A stretch of DNA of 56,839 bases, counting the filler, from Sphacelaria rigidula (lineage: Eukaryota), in assembly GCA_964200075.2 (NCBI GenBank). It is 4 parts of 4 records of this genome, joined end to end, with 100 filler letters (N's around TTAATTAATTAA, not from the genome) between each part and the next. Parts side by side here need not be neighbours in the genome. Positions count along the whole stretch, not along the records: positions 1 to 14,136 come from CAXNAA020002436.1; 3 more parts are not named here. The stretch is one strand, 5' to 3'. Every line of letters starts with the position of its first letter. Position 1 is the stretch's first letter. This document shows positions 1 through 12,253 of this stretch, one piece after another. The notes beneath the pieces were generated by a model. The model saw nothing but the letters and a program-made list of their open reading frames with translations. It was not told where the DNA came from and did no database searches. A program made the translations under genes and the position numbers.

Positions 1-546
1 ACTATGGCATGCATGATCATGAGTATACCCCCTTTGTTCAGTAGTAGGTGAACACCATCCGCTTGAAGCCTTGATGTGGAATATATAGTAGCCTGCTGTA
101 CGGTGCACGGTGGGCTTGAATGATTACGCTGTGAAGAGGCATCCCAGTATAAGAGGTATCACGTACGGTACAGCGTAGCACAACGCTCTCAGGGCACATA
201 CAAATACCGTGAGGCCTTTCATCCCCCACTGCAAAAAATGTTGATATCGACAGTAAGTCGTACTGAAATGTCGTGAACGTGCCTGCAGTTTAATTAATCC
301 CGAAGACCCTGCTGCTCTACAAAAAAATAGTGCTTTGGATAGTAAGCAGGCAGGTAACCAAAACCAGTCGATCCCCTTCTGAATGACGTTTTGTCAACAC
401 CACGCAGGTATCACAAGGCTCCAAAGCTCTTCGGCGGTAAGGTGGAGCGGTGGGCTTTGGTGGAGACGGTTGTGCTAATAGCATGCAGGGGCGGGTTGCA
501 TGATGAGGAGGTGGGTATTTTCACGAAGCCCGTTCCGTGTTCAGTA

Positions 547-850
547 GACCTCACGAAATGTACGTGAACAATGGTTGGTACTCGATTTTACTTGATTCTA
601 GGGTGAAGAAAGTCGTGATAAAAACTATGGTCTGGGGCAGGTGAGCAGTGGTGAGCACTCGTCCAGAACGTGTCTTGGTCCAAAATCGGCTGAAAGGCGT
701 CGATTTGAGCGCTGGCAACGCACACGCCGCCCAGGGAACACTTTGCACCCCCTTGCCCGAGGGTTCTCGGTATGCGGTGGTCGGGGTTAGGGTTAGGGTT
801 GGCGGCACCTCCATAGTACCAACCATTATTTACGTACATTTCCTCAGGTC
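547..850. mobile_element. MITE-like element with 36-bp imperfect terminal inverted repeats and internal TTAGGG units
   Basis: 547-582 GACCTCACGAAATGTACGTGAACAATGGTTGGTACT versus the reverse complement of 815-850, GACCTGAGGAAATGTACGTAAATAATGGTTGGTACT (4 mismatches). GGGTTAGGGTTAGGGTT at ~784-800. No clear TSD. Confidence 0.6.
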
Positions 851-1149
851 CCCTCTCGGTGTTCGACGATGGCAGAAATGCCAGTACACCCCTTCCCCCT
901 CTCCCCCCTCTCCCTCCTCTCCCCCGCTGAAACTTATTGGGGGGGAAATTCGATGTTTGCATACGGTTGGGACCTTTACGTAAACGCGCAGTTTGTAATT
1001 GCTTTGCTCTGTCCTGTCCCCTACCGTAGAATCACTCAACCTTGAAAATATTTCATGGCACGGAGGCAAGTATAGCCACCATACTCGTCCTTCGGAGATT
1101 TTGTTTCGACGAGGGTCAGGGTGGTCTCAATAAAAAAAGATATGCTTTG

Positions 1150-4100
1150 AGAAGCACGCGGAGTGTCCGAACGGCGGCGACTGACAGCACGTGTCGAACC
1201 GAAACGACAGCACAGTCGGAGCGACCCGGAACATAGATCGAGCCGAACAGGAACATAGATCGATGAGAAAAAGCATAATCGAAGCGGACCGAACCGTAGA
1301 TGGAGCTGAGTACATGAATCGAACCGGACCGGGTAAAGCCGGAGCGAACCAGAACACAGATCGAATCGAACTTGAACATACATCGAACCGGAACGAGTAC
1401 CACCGAAGCGAACCAAAACATGCATCGAATGGGAACAACAGCGTACACCGAACCGAATCGAAAAATGAATCGAACCGAAACATCATGATATATCGAACCA
1501 AACTGGAACATGAATCGAGCCAGAATGATCGCAATCCAAGCGACCTGAAAAATATACCGAACCGAACCGGAACATACATCAAACCGGGATAAACATATAT
1601 CGAATCGAACCGGAACGTACATCGAACCGGAATAAACGTAATCGAAGCGAACCGGGACATCAAACCGGAACGAGTATAATTAAAGCCAACCGAAAAATGC
1701 ATCGAAGCGGAACGAGCTTCGAAAACACATCGATTTGGAATGAAGATAATTGACGCGAACCGGAACATGGATTGAAACGAAACATAAATAGAACCGAACA
1801 GGAAGATAAATAGAACCGGAACAAGTATAATTAAAGCGAACTGGAATATACTTTGAACCGAAATAATCATAACTGGAGCGAACCGGAACATATATCAAAC
1901 CGGAACTAGCATAATCGAAGCGAACCGAAACACGGATCGAAACCGAACATACACTAAACCGGGATGAGCGTCGAAACGGAACACGCACAATCGAAGCTGA
2001 CCGGAACACATGTCGAACCGTAACGAAGATAGTCGAAGCGAATCGGAATATACATCGAACCGAAACGAAGGTAATTGACGCGAACCGACACATGAATTGA
2101 AACGGGACATAAATAGGAGCGAACCGGATAAATATATCAACCGAAAACGATTGTAATTGAAGCGAACCGGAATATACATCGAACCAGAACGAGCTTCGAT
2201 CACACATCGAACCGTAACGAGGGTAATTAATTGACGCGAATCGGAAGATGCAATGAAGCGGAACAAGCATGATTGACGCGACTGAAGCATGATTCGAAAC
2301 AGAACATACATCGAACCGAACCGGAATATACATCGAACCGGAACGAGGATAGTTGGCGCGAATCGAAACATGAATTGAAACAGAATATCAATGGAAAACC
2401 GACCCGCTATATAATTGACGCGAAACTAGAGAAAAATTGAACCGGAACAAGCATTATAGATGCAGGTCGACACATGACTCGAAGCGGAACATATATCGGA
2501 CCGCAACAAGCATAATGCAAGCGAACCGAACTACACATCGAAACGGAACAACCATAGTCGATGCAAACCGAAACAGAAATTGAACCTGAACAAGAATAAT
2601 CGAGGCGGACCGGAATGTACATCGCACCGAACTGGAACACACATCAAACCGGATCCAGGATACTTGACGCGACCGAAACGTGAATTGAAACGAAACGTGG
2701 ATAGACCCGAACCGGAATATCAATCGAACGGGAAGGAGCACAATTGAAGCGAACCGAAATATGCATCCGAACCAGAACATATATCGGCTCAGAACGAGTA
2801 CAATTGAAGCGAACCGAAGCATAAATCTAAAAATAACCAACATCGTTCCGAAACACATCGAATCGGAACAAGCACAATTGAGGCGAACCAGAACATACAT
2901 CGGACCAAACCGGAAGATAACTCGAACCGTAACGAGCATAATCGAAGCGAACCGAAATATACATCAAATCGGAACGAGCTTCCAACACACATCGGACAAC
3001 TTCGAAACAAAAGAACCATAATTGTAGTGAACCGGAACATACGTCGAACCAGAACAAGCATAATCGAAGCGAACCAGAGCATCAGAGCATACATTAAACC
3101 GAACCGAAACATGCATCGAAACGGAACGAGCTTCGAAGACACCGCGGACCGAAACGAGCATAATTGACGCGAACCGGAACATGAATCGGAACGAAACATA
3201 GTCGAAACCGAACTGGAATATAAGTACAAGTGGAACCAGAATAAGCATAATCGGATCGAACCGAAATATACATCGAAAAGGAAAAAATATAATCGAAGTG
3301 AACCGGAACATACATCGTAACGGAACATAAACGTCGGCGAACCGGAATATACATAAAATCGGAACAAGCATAGTCGAGGCGAACCGGAACATGAATCGAA
3401 CCGGAACGGGCAGAATCGCAGCGAACCGCAGTATACATCGAACCGGAACTAGCATAATTGACGCGAACCGAAATATGAATTGAAACGAAACATAGATATA
3501 ACTGAACCGAAATATAAATCAAACCCGGACGACCAGAATCGAGGCGAACCGGAATATACATCGAACCGGGACGACCAGAATCGAAGCGAACCGGAATATA
3601 CATCGGACCGGAACGAAGATAAACGACACTAACCGAAACATGAATCGAGACGAAACATACATCAAACCGAACCGAACTATACATCGAAGCGGAACAAAAG
3701 TCACCGAAGCAAACTGAAATATACATCAAACCGAACCGGAACATACATCGAACCGGAACGATCATAGTCGAGGCAAACCGAAGTATGATCCGAAACGGAA
3801 GATACACCCCATCGAACCGGAATATACATCGAACCGGAACGAACATAAACGAAGCCAACCGAAACATGTATCGAACTAAACCAGAAGACATAATGAAAGG
3901 GTACATCGAACAAGAACGAGCATAATGGAAGCCACCCGAAACATAAATAGAAACGGATCATGAATCAAACCCAACCGGAATATACATCGAGCCGGAACAA
4001 GCATAATCGAAGGGAACGGAAACATGAATCGAACCGAACCGGAACACATATCGAACTGGGCGGGATATACATCGAACCAGAATTGGCATAGATAAAGCGA

Positions 4101-4600
4101 ACCGAAACATCCATCGAACCTGAACATATTCAAAGCGAGTCGAAACAGATATCGGGGCGAACCGGAACATGTATCGAACCGAACCGGAACACACATTGGA
4201 CCGCAACCTACGTCGACCCGAATTGCAACATCGAACCAGACATACATCGAACCGGAACGAGCATAATCGAAGCAAACCAAAACATAAATCGAACGGAACA
4301 GCAACATAGTTTGAACTGAAACGACTGCGTACATCAAACCGATTCCCCCCAAATGGAGATCATACCGAAGCAGTCGCATTGATCGAATGGGGACAGCAGC
4401 ATGAATCGAATCGGAACAGCAGCTTATATCCAACGGAAACGACAGCATGCATCGACCCAGACCTAAACATACATCGAACTGAAGATAAGTATACATGGAA
4501 CCGAACCAAAACGTACATCGAACCGGAACGACAGCATGCATCGAACCGAACTGAAACATAGATCGCAAAAGCATATATCGAAACTGCAACAAACCAAACT
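1150..4600. repeat. Degenerate GAACC/TCGAA-rich tandem satellite (~40-45 bp higher-order unit)
   Basis: Variants of ATAATCGAAGCGAACCGGAACATACATCGAACCGGAACGAGC recur over ~3.4 kb. The + strand is A-rich and T-poor. A short remnant reappears at ~5116-5300. Boundaries are approximate. Confidence 0.9.
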
Positions 4601-6959
4601 AAAAGAAGCATAATAAGGTTTTCACCAGATTGAGAATCTAGCTTTTTAAAAGTGAGAACCCAAAGGATAGGAGATCCCGATCCATTCATCGACTGGTGTT
4701 TCCCAGTGAATACCTCGGCGAGCCAGGCGAGGAGCGGAGCGGCTCGGATGAATGCTCGTGGTCGTGGGGTGAATTCAACGTGCAGCATTTTCTTTTCCAT
4801 TGGCCTCGTCAATCTGCAGGAATCCAGAACTCCAGGTTTCCAGAAATGGTCGATTGGTGCCTGAAACAATTTCAAGTCCGAAGTGCCCCTCCAAGTCTTG
4901 CACGAGGCCGGCCTCATCATACGTTTTCTGAAGTAGCTTGCCACTAAAGCCCCTGACATCCCTGAATAGGATATCGACGTGTAACTGTAAGTACAAAACA
5001 GTGTTATTTACAGGCAAAAAAAATACTATACAGAATTAAAAATTGGTGGAGTCGGAGCGAATAATAAAAACTCGCTCTCAACCAGCGCTGGACTCTTGAT
5101 CCGGCGAAAAACCTGTTGCATGTCGAACGTAAATGGCAACGCGTCGATTGTACCGCTATCGAGCCGAAATACAACACAAAGTATCGAGCCGACCCCGTAA
5201 CGAAGCGAGAGGGAAGAGAAAGATGGTGCACGAAGCATGTCGAACCGGCCCGGACCGGACCGGAATTGGACGGAACAGACGTATCGAAACGGAATGGCGA
5301 AAAATAAACATCCAATCAGTTCGCCTCAAAAAAATCGGAGTCGTAGTTTTTGAAGTGTTTGGGGCGAAATCGCACCCATATTCTGGGAATATTTTGGGAA
5401 TTTTGGTAGATTTGTTTTTGAAGATGTTTCAAGGCTTGCCCATTTTTTTTCGGAATTTCGAAGTTTTATCACCCACCACCTACCACAACCACGATTGACT
5501 CCCCCGTGTAGACACCCCCACGTCGTAAACGGCGCGCCGGAGTATTATTAGGGCGGCGTTACGTCATGGGAGTGGAAATAGCGTTGGTCATTCCGCCCAA
5601 GCAACTCAAGGGTGCCAAAGGGCATTCTCGTTCCGCACACCGAGCACTACAGTGTCAGTCCCCAGTACCCGACAAAGCTACTAGTATGAGAACATTGTAA
5701 AGCTCAGATAGATGACCCCGGGGAGCTCGAGCTCTCAAGCAAACGTCGGAGTGGGCGGCTGTCGCTTCTTACTCAGACGAAGGCCGCGGCGCTGCGGTCG
5801 GTCAACGAGCAGAATCGGTCGAAAATAAATCATGTTTTGTCCCTTCCGTGAATAGGGGCGAAATATAGCCATTGTCGGGTCGGGTGATTTTTTTCGGTTC
5901 TTCGCCTACGTACGATAGGTACTGCGTGAATATATATATATATATATATCAACTGAAAAAAACGCCCAGTGTGTCAAAGCTTTCATCACCTAAATAACGC
6001 AGCGGACACGGTCGAGGGACCTTGTGAAGATTACACATTTTTTTCGCCAGATTGATCGTGTGTCTAGCATGTTATTAAGTCTTTTGCTTCTCAGCCTGTT
6101 TTCACTTGAAAGGTTACGGCGTGGCCCATATAATGGACCCTAGCGTCCAAAGGGTTAATATTCCGGAGAGTTTGTCGTTGGATATATAATCCGACATATA
6201 CACACGTGACGTTCAAACATGTGAGTGATCACATCCATCAACAAACACACAACAACAACAACAACAAAAACGTCTTCCCATGGAAACCCCACACTCAATC
6301 AAGTGCTCGCCACTCCATCTGGCGAAATGATCATTGTATAACCGACTTCACTTCTGGGACACAGGACGTACGTGATTTCCGACGCTGAAAACGTGGGGAC
6401 GTACGTCCACCTTGTGTGAACATGGCTAGATTCCACACCCTGGACAAAAGAATACTCAGTCAAAAAGTGTACAGCGTACAGTATCGACTATTGCGCTTAT
6501 TGCAACAGACAATAGATTCCATACTGTACGCAGTACATTTTTGACAACATAATCTATCGTCATCATCCAGGGTGTGCTAGATTCCTCGCAAGATCAGTTA
6601 GTGTGCAACAGTAAGGTCAACGATCAAAAATCGACGTGGGAGCTGGCGTTTGAAAGTCGAAACACCCTCGGCTGATGCAAATGTCTCGTCTAGCAGTCAT
6701 GTCATGTATGTCCTGGGGTAGTAACGATACCGATTTACCTCCACAAGGACGGAACGAAGTGGCCTTCTTTTATTATTTTTGTTTGTTCGATTAGTTGTGT
6801 TTGCCATCCTGTACTTCCAACTCCCCTCTCCCGTCAATCTGGGCGAGTGCGCGGTGATAGTCTGCCCGAAGGGATCACCCGCAAAAGCCTCCCCCTCGAT
6901 ATGCAGACTACCGGCCTTGACAAAAAGTCACACCTTGGACAATCAACATATGGTCAGTA

Positions 6960-7069
6960 GCAATAGGCGAAAAATGTACCGCGTGAAGTATAGGCCTACT
7001 GCAACTACTGTCGGCCGACAAAAGTTGCAGTAGGCCTATACTTTACGCGGTACATTTTTTGTCTGTTGC
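6960..7069. repeat. Near-perfect 110-bp palindrome with no spacer
   Basis: Centred on GTCGG|CCGAC (7014/7015). The 55-bp arms have 6 mismatches. Confidence 0.9.
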
Positions 7070-8717
7070 AACTCTTGACGATTTTTCGTCCAAGCTGTGC
7101 ATTGTATCGAAGACCGGGTCGGCACTCCCGCAGATCCCCCGTCGATTGCTTTCATTTTATTGTTTTTTGCCACTTGCGTCCTCACTTTTTGCGACTACAG
7201 AAACGGGGTCCTACTTGGAAAAAAAAAGAAAAAGTTCACCCGTTGGGAATTCCAACCCGGAAACTTCCACCCCACCGTAACTTGAATTGCTATTGGTGTA
7301 CCTGTGGAGACCACATATGTATGAGCGTAATGAACATCCAAATACACATGTAAGCCGGAGAAACAATCCCAGGAACCGGATCCGTCAGTGACACACATGA
7401 GCGGACTCGAAACGTCAGAATCTGTGAACCTGGATATTTAGCAGCCTAGGCAATAGGGTCTCCGGTATAAAGAGCTCGGAACAATACAGCCATCAAATGA
7501 ACCCTGGTGAAACGGGACCGGTACAGCCGTCCCGACTCGTTCACTGGTTATTCTTGCCTACCATCGGTCACGGCCGCATCCTTGCCTAAATTACGCCTCG
7601 CTCTGGAGAGCCATCGGCAGCAGGGTACGATAACGTTCTTATTCGGGGCCCGTAACTCTACTGCCTCACCCCGGTTCACATACCAGTTGAGATCACCGAG
7701 GTGCTTTGCGCTTCGGGGGGTGAGGGGTGTACTCATGATTATGCGTATGCCATCGTCATAAGACCATTGACCTCGCATCCCTACAAAGCCAAGCTGGGGG
7801 AAATTAACGTTATAGAGATCAATGCCTTCGTAACCATGTGTGACTCCAGGCTACACCGTGGCATGATCAGCACCCTGAAAAATAAGTAGCTGCCCCTACC
7901 GGAATATCAGGCGTGTAGCGGGAGGGGGGGGAGATGGGTGGGTTAATCCCTGAAGAGCACGGACTCGTCCCGAGGAAGGGAAGATGAACAAAATCACAAA
8001 AGAAGAAGGGAAAGAAAAAATGATGACTCCAAAAACCCGAACACAGCGCAGGCGGAGATACTCTTTGTGTTTGTGCTGTATGGGTAGTAGTCTTGAAAAA
8101 ATACATATGTTGTATGGTGCTGTATGCTTTGCATTTCATGCAGGAACAAGCAAACGTCGGTGATTCGCTGATACCAACAGTATATATGGCGCGGGAACTC
8201 AGCGGGCATTTATATCGATAAATCAATCTCAGGGGACTGGTAGTAGTAGGCGCCTCTCCTTTTAGAGCCTGAAACGTCCTTGGATTCAATACCAACTAGG
8301 CTTAGATTGGACCCAAAATTAGGGACAACAGGGCTAAGGCTGGTGTGAAACATTTTTCCGACGTCCGATGACTCCCAAAGCCGAACACAACGAGGCGGAG
8401 GTCTGGGTTGTGTTTTCACACTGCTCATCACGTAGGAGTAAATGTAGTGCAGCACAGCACAGTACAGTACAGCTCGCGCGTCTGCGTGGGCTGATGGTAG
8501 TAGGCGCTTCTTCTGTTGGAACTTACTTGTGAAGTGCTTCGACCTGATATGTATGGGACGGTTGGCCAGAATATGTGTAACATCACGCAGACAGCACCAG
8601 TACGGGTCGCTCCCACACGTTCGCGTGAGTTTTCGCGAACACTCCGGCAGCTCCACACAGCTCACACCGCCGGAAGCACCAATTAAGCTGAAACTTTGGC
8701 TAGCGTGGAAAGTAACA

Positions 8718-8860
8718 GATTGCTCTGCTTCGCATCGCGCTTCCAATTTTCTTTTTGCTTTTCCTTTGTTAGGCTACTTCTTATGTATCGAAAAGTATAA
8801 CTTGTTGAACAGTGTTTTTTTTACCCTTCTCCGTCGTTTTTGCCCCGAGAAAAGAGCACC
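8718..8860. repeat. Dispersed repeat family A, copy 1
   Basis: AGATTGCTCTGCTT..GCTACTTCTTATGTATCGAAAA..ACCCTTCTCCGTCGTTTTTGCCC is shared with ~11010-11250 and ~28087-28371, and in diverged form with ~45880-46145. Confidence 0.85.
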
Positions 8861-8989
8861 CGCCGTATTTACGCCAGCGCTGGCCAAAAAATAGAACCTG
8901 CCAGCAGTCTAGAACCAGTCCCACATCGAATTTGTGCAGACCCGCCGGTCCTACCAACACCATTTTCGAATACGCCCGTGCACATCACA

Positions 8990-9900
8990 GCCGGCACACC
9001 ATCTTTCAACCCACGCACCCGAAACAGATCAGGCACATAGGGCATGCCACAGAACGCACATGCACAACACAGCTCACACGCACACATGCACTGACGAACC
9101 ACCACGAGCTAGCCGCTAAAGCAACAGCAGCAGCAGTACTGTAGCACGGAAACTACCGTTGAATTTATCGCACACGCTTCACGCGCCTAGCAGGCGACTG
9201 AACCATCACGTACTCTTGTGTGTTTGGATCAATCGTTGTGTGTTCGGATCAAATGTTTGTAGTGAAGGTATATTCCAGAGACGGTACAGGCAACTGAAGT
9301 ACGTACTCTTGTGTGTCAAGATCAATTGCTGTGTGCTTGGATCAATTGTTTTTAGTATTTAGTACAGACAGAGAGTACCGCGTAGCGTTGTTTTCAACCA
9401 CAGGCAGTAAGTATTATAGTAGTAGACAGTACCGTGCGCTATACAAACAATACTGTGCGAGACGGTTATCTTCACTACAAATATTTGATCCGAACACACA
9501 ACAATTGACCCACACAAGAGTACGTGATGATTCAGTCGCCTGCTAGGCACATGAAGCGTGTGCGATAAGTTCAACGGCGATCTCCGTACTACAGTACTGC
9601 TGCTGCTGTTGCTTTTACGGCTAGGTAGTGGTGGTTCGTCAGTGTGTGTGTGCGTGTGAGCTGTGTTGTGGGTATGCGCGCTGTGGCATGCCGCCTGCTC
9701 TGCTTTGGGTGGGTAGGTTAAAAATATGGTGTGCCAGCTCTGTTGTGCGCGGGCGTGAAGCGTGTGCGATGAGTTCAACTACGTTCTCCGTACTACAGGT
9801 CTGCTGCTGCTGCTGCTGCTTTTGCGGCTAGGTAGTGGTGTTTCGTCAGTGTATGTGTGCGTGTGAGCTGTGTTGTGGGTGTGCGCGCTGCGGCATGCCC
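8990..9900. mobile_element. Foldback-like element: ~280-bp inverted arms plus a tandem extra arm copy
   Basis: ~8990-9270 (..CACAGCTCACACGCACAC..GCAGGCGACTGAACCATCACGTACTCTTGTGTG..) is the reverse complement of ~9465-9740. ~9755-9900 repeats part of the right arm. Confidence 0.8.
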
Positions 9901-11009
9901 TACCTCGAAGGCGTGTTCCTCCGTAGTAGTACAGCAGCAGCAGCAGCTGCTATTAATTTTGCAACAACAGAACGTGTTCAGGTTATAAAAAACACTGCAG
10001 AACTGCTGTGTCGTCTTGTGTTCAATGTAGTACTCTGTACTCCATATGCCACTGCAGAATTGCCTTGTGTTTAGTGTAGTACACTGTAGTCCAGATAATG
10101 GGGTCACGTCTTGAGCAGTTCTTGAAAAGTCCTGCTTGTTTTTTTTTTTTAAGTTCTCGAAACGTTCTGCTTCATTTTCTGTCACAAAAATCCAATGCCG
10201 AATCTAGAATAGCCTGAGACAACAACCAATTTGAAAATTGGAATGTAAGCCCTCCAGAAGAGCTTCGATTTATGTTGCGACAGTCGACTCTGAGAAGTCA
10301 AGACTCACGATACCCCCTCGAGCAAGGTCAAATTGTCGGGTTTGTTTTGAGTGCGTCCGGACACACGAGAGAAACACAACGTCGGGAGCATCGGCGGAGC
10401 TGGAACTTGTTGAGGGCGTGCAAAATGACACTAGATGGGCGGTGGGACTGTTGCTTCGCGCCGCGAGGGTTCGCCCTCAAGTCGGCTCAGAAAATTGCGT
10501 CGTTGGGAGCTTCGTGATGACGGGCGGACAGACGGACAGACAAAAGATGAATTTCGGCTGAGGAGCCTTCTCGGCCGTAACAACCTCGAAAGAAAAAAAC
10601 TTCAAAGAAGAAACGTGATGTCACTGATGTTTCTAGATCGAATCGCGTGTTCTTGCGGGGCACCGACCGGCGATAGACGAAGAGAAATGTTTCGTCGGTG
10701 GCAGTGTCGTCCAAAATTCGTCCCCGTGTTTCGTTCTTATCCACTTTTTGGCTCATATATGTTTGCGGCTCCTGCTCATTATCACACACTCTGCAGGTGT
10801 TCATGGACTACCGATTCAACCCGAACATGGCAGCACCACATTGGTACACGCCTGTTGACCTGAGGGAGACGAAGAAAATGTGGGCACCCGCCAGCGGCCG
10901 AGATAGCGAATTAGCGGACCTGGCGAAAAGGAGCAAGGACGATTAGGATTGGCCGTTCCCGCTACTATGGGTGCACACGTGAACTTTAGATGTAGATGCT
11001 CTTACAAAT

Positions 11010-11255
11010 AGATTGCTCTGCTTTGCATCGCGCTTCCAGTTTTATTTTTTCCTTTTTCTTTGTTAAGCTACTTCTTATGTATCGAAAAATATGAGTTGTT
11101 GAAAATTGTTTTTTCACCCTTCTCCGTCGTTTTTGCCCGGATAAGAGGGCTCAGTGGATGTTGAGACCTTGGAATTATTTGCTCTACTCGCTGAGACCGT
11201 TCCAGATCACCTTTTCGTTTTGCATAGGTCACAGTTTCGTTCTTGGCCGAAAATT
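11010..11255. repeat. Dispersed repeat family A, copy 2
   Basis: Direct similarity to 8718-8860 and 28087-28280 (e.g. GCTCTACTCGCTGAGAC..TAGGTCAC). Confidence 0.85.
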
Positions 11256-12253
11256 GGGATAGTACAGCCTGTACTCAGACATGCAGTAGTACAAGGTTAC
11301 AAGTATACCCTGCCCGCTGAGCATGTTCTCTATGCGTGTTGCTGTGTTCATGTGAGCTATGTGCGTGCTGTTCACTTGCCCTGTCCGAGTACAGCCTCTA
11401 CTCTGCAAGCACAGAGAGTACAGTAGTGACGGTGTTTGCGAAGACCAAATTCTGGTCAGGACTTGGGCTTTGTAGTTCCCCCGAAGTCCAAAGTCAGTCC
11501 AAAGTCCGATGGTTGCGTTTCGCTCGGTTTGGACTTTTATTAGGAGATGCTATTGGCCAAAAGGCGTGACGTGTAACGTGTAACCGTCCTTCCGACAACA
11601 CACACCGCACCAACGACCTCGCTGCTCGCGCAAGCACCAGAGCACACGCCCAGAACATAGCGAATCAACGGGTAATGGTGTGGTTGTGGTGTTCCTTTGA
11701 GGTCAGCACAGCAACATATGCACACAGAAATAGTATTTTGAGCACAACTTGACACAGACAGGGATTGATATGACGCGTATCCGGTTTGCACAGAAGTTGT
11801 TGCGGACCAGGAGAATCATTCTGATCACAACTCATGAATCACATGGGCACAAACGACGTACTTTTTATTCGTGGCCTGTCTTTGCCGCCTGCCTGGCCCC
11901 TCTTGTGTTGCCAACATAGCTTCACACTGTAGTGTTGCTGTGGAACACTAAGTAGAGACAACAGTAGCGTGCAGTAGATGTATTCAGTGCAGAACGATGC
12001 ACGCTCACTGTTTCTTGCTGCTGAGTCCAGCGAAGATATACAACTGATACTGACTTTGTCCGCACTTGAGTGCGGGTGGGTGTAGAGTCATGAGGGTTTC
12101 TTCTGTAGTGTTTTCTCTATATTTGCGGAGCATCCAGGTGAACTCCAGCTCTAGGTAACAGACAGTAGTAGGTAGTATTGTAAAGTGTATTATCCGTATT
12201 CAGTCCCAAACCAAGTATCATTCCTCCAAAAGGCGATAAATAATTTGGTGCCA

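Noticed and set aside
1036..4592. Many long overlapping minus-strand ORFs (up to 270 aa) rich in F/R/V/S
   Set aside because: They are open in several frames at once and simply translate the A-poor strand of the satellite. No domain signal.
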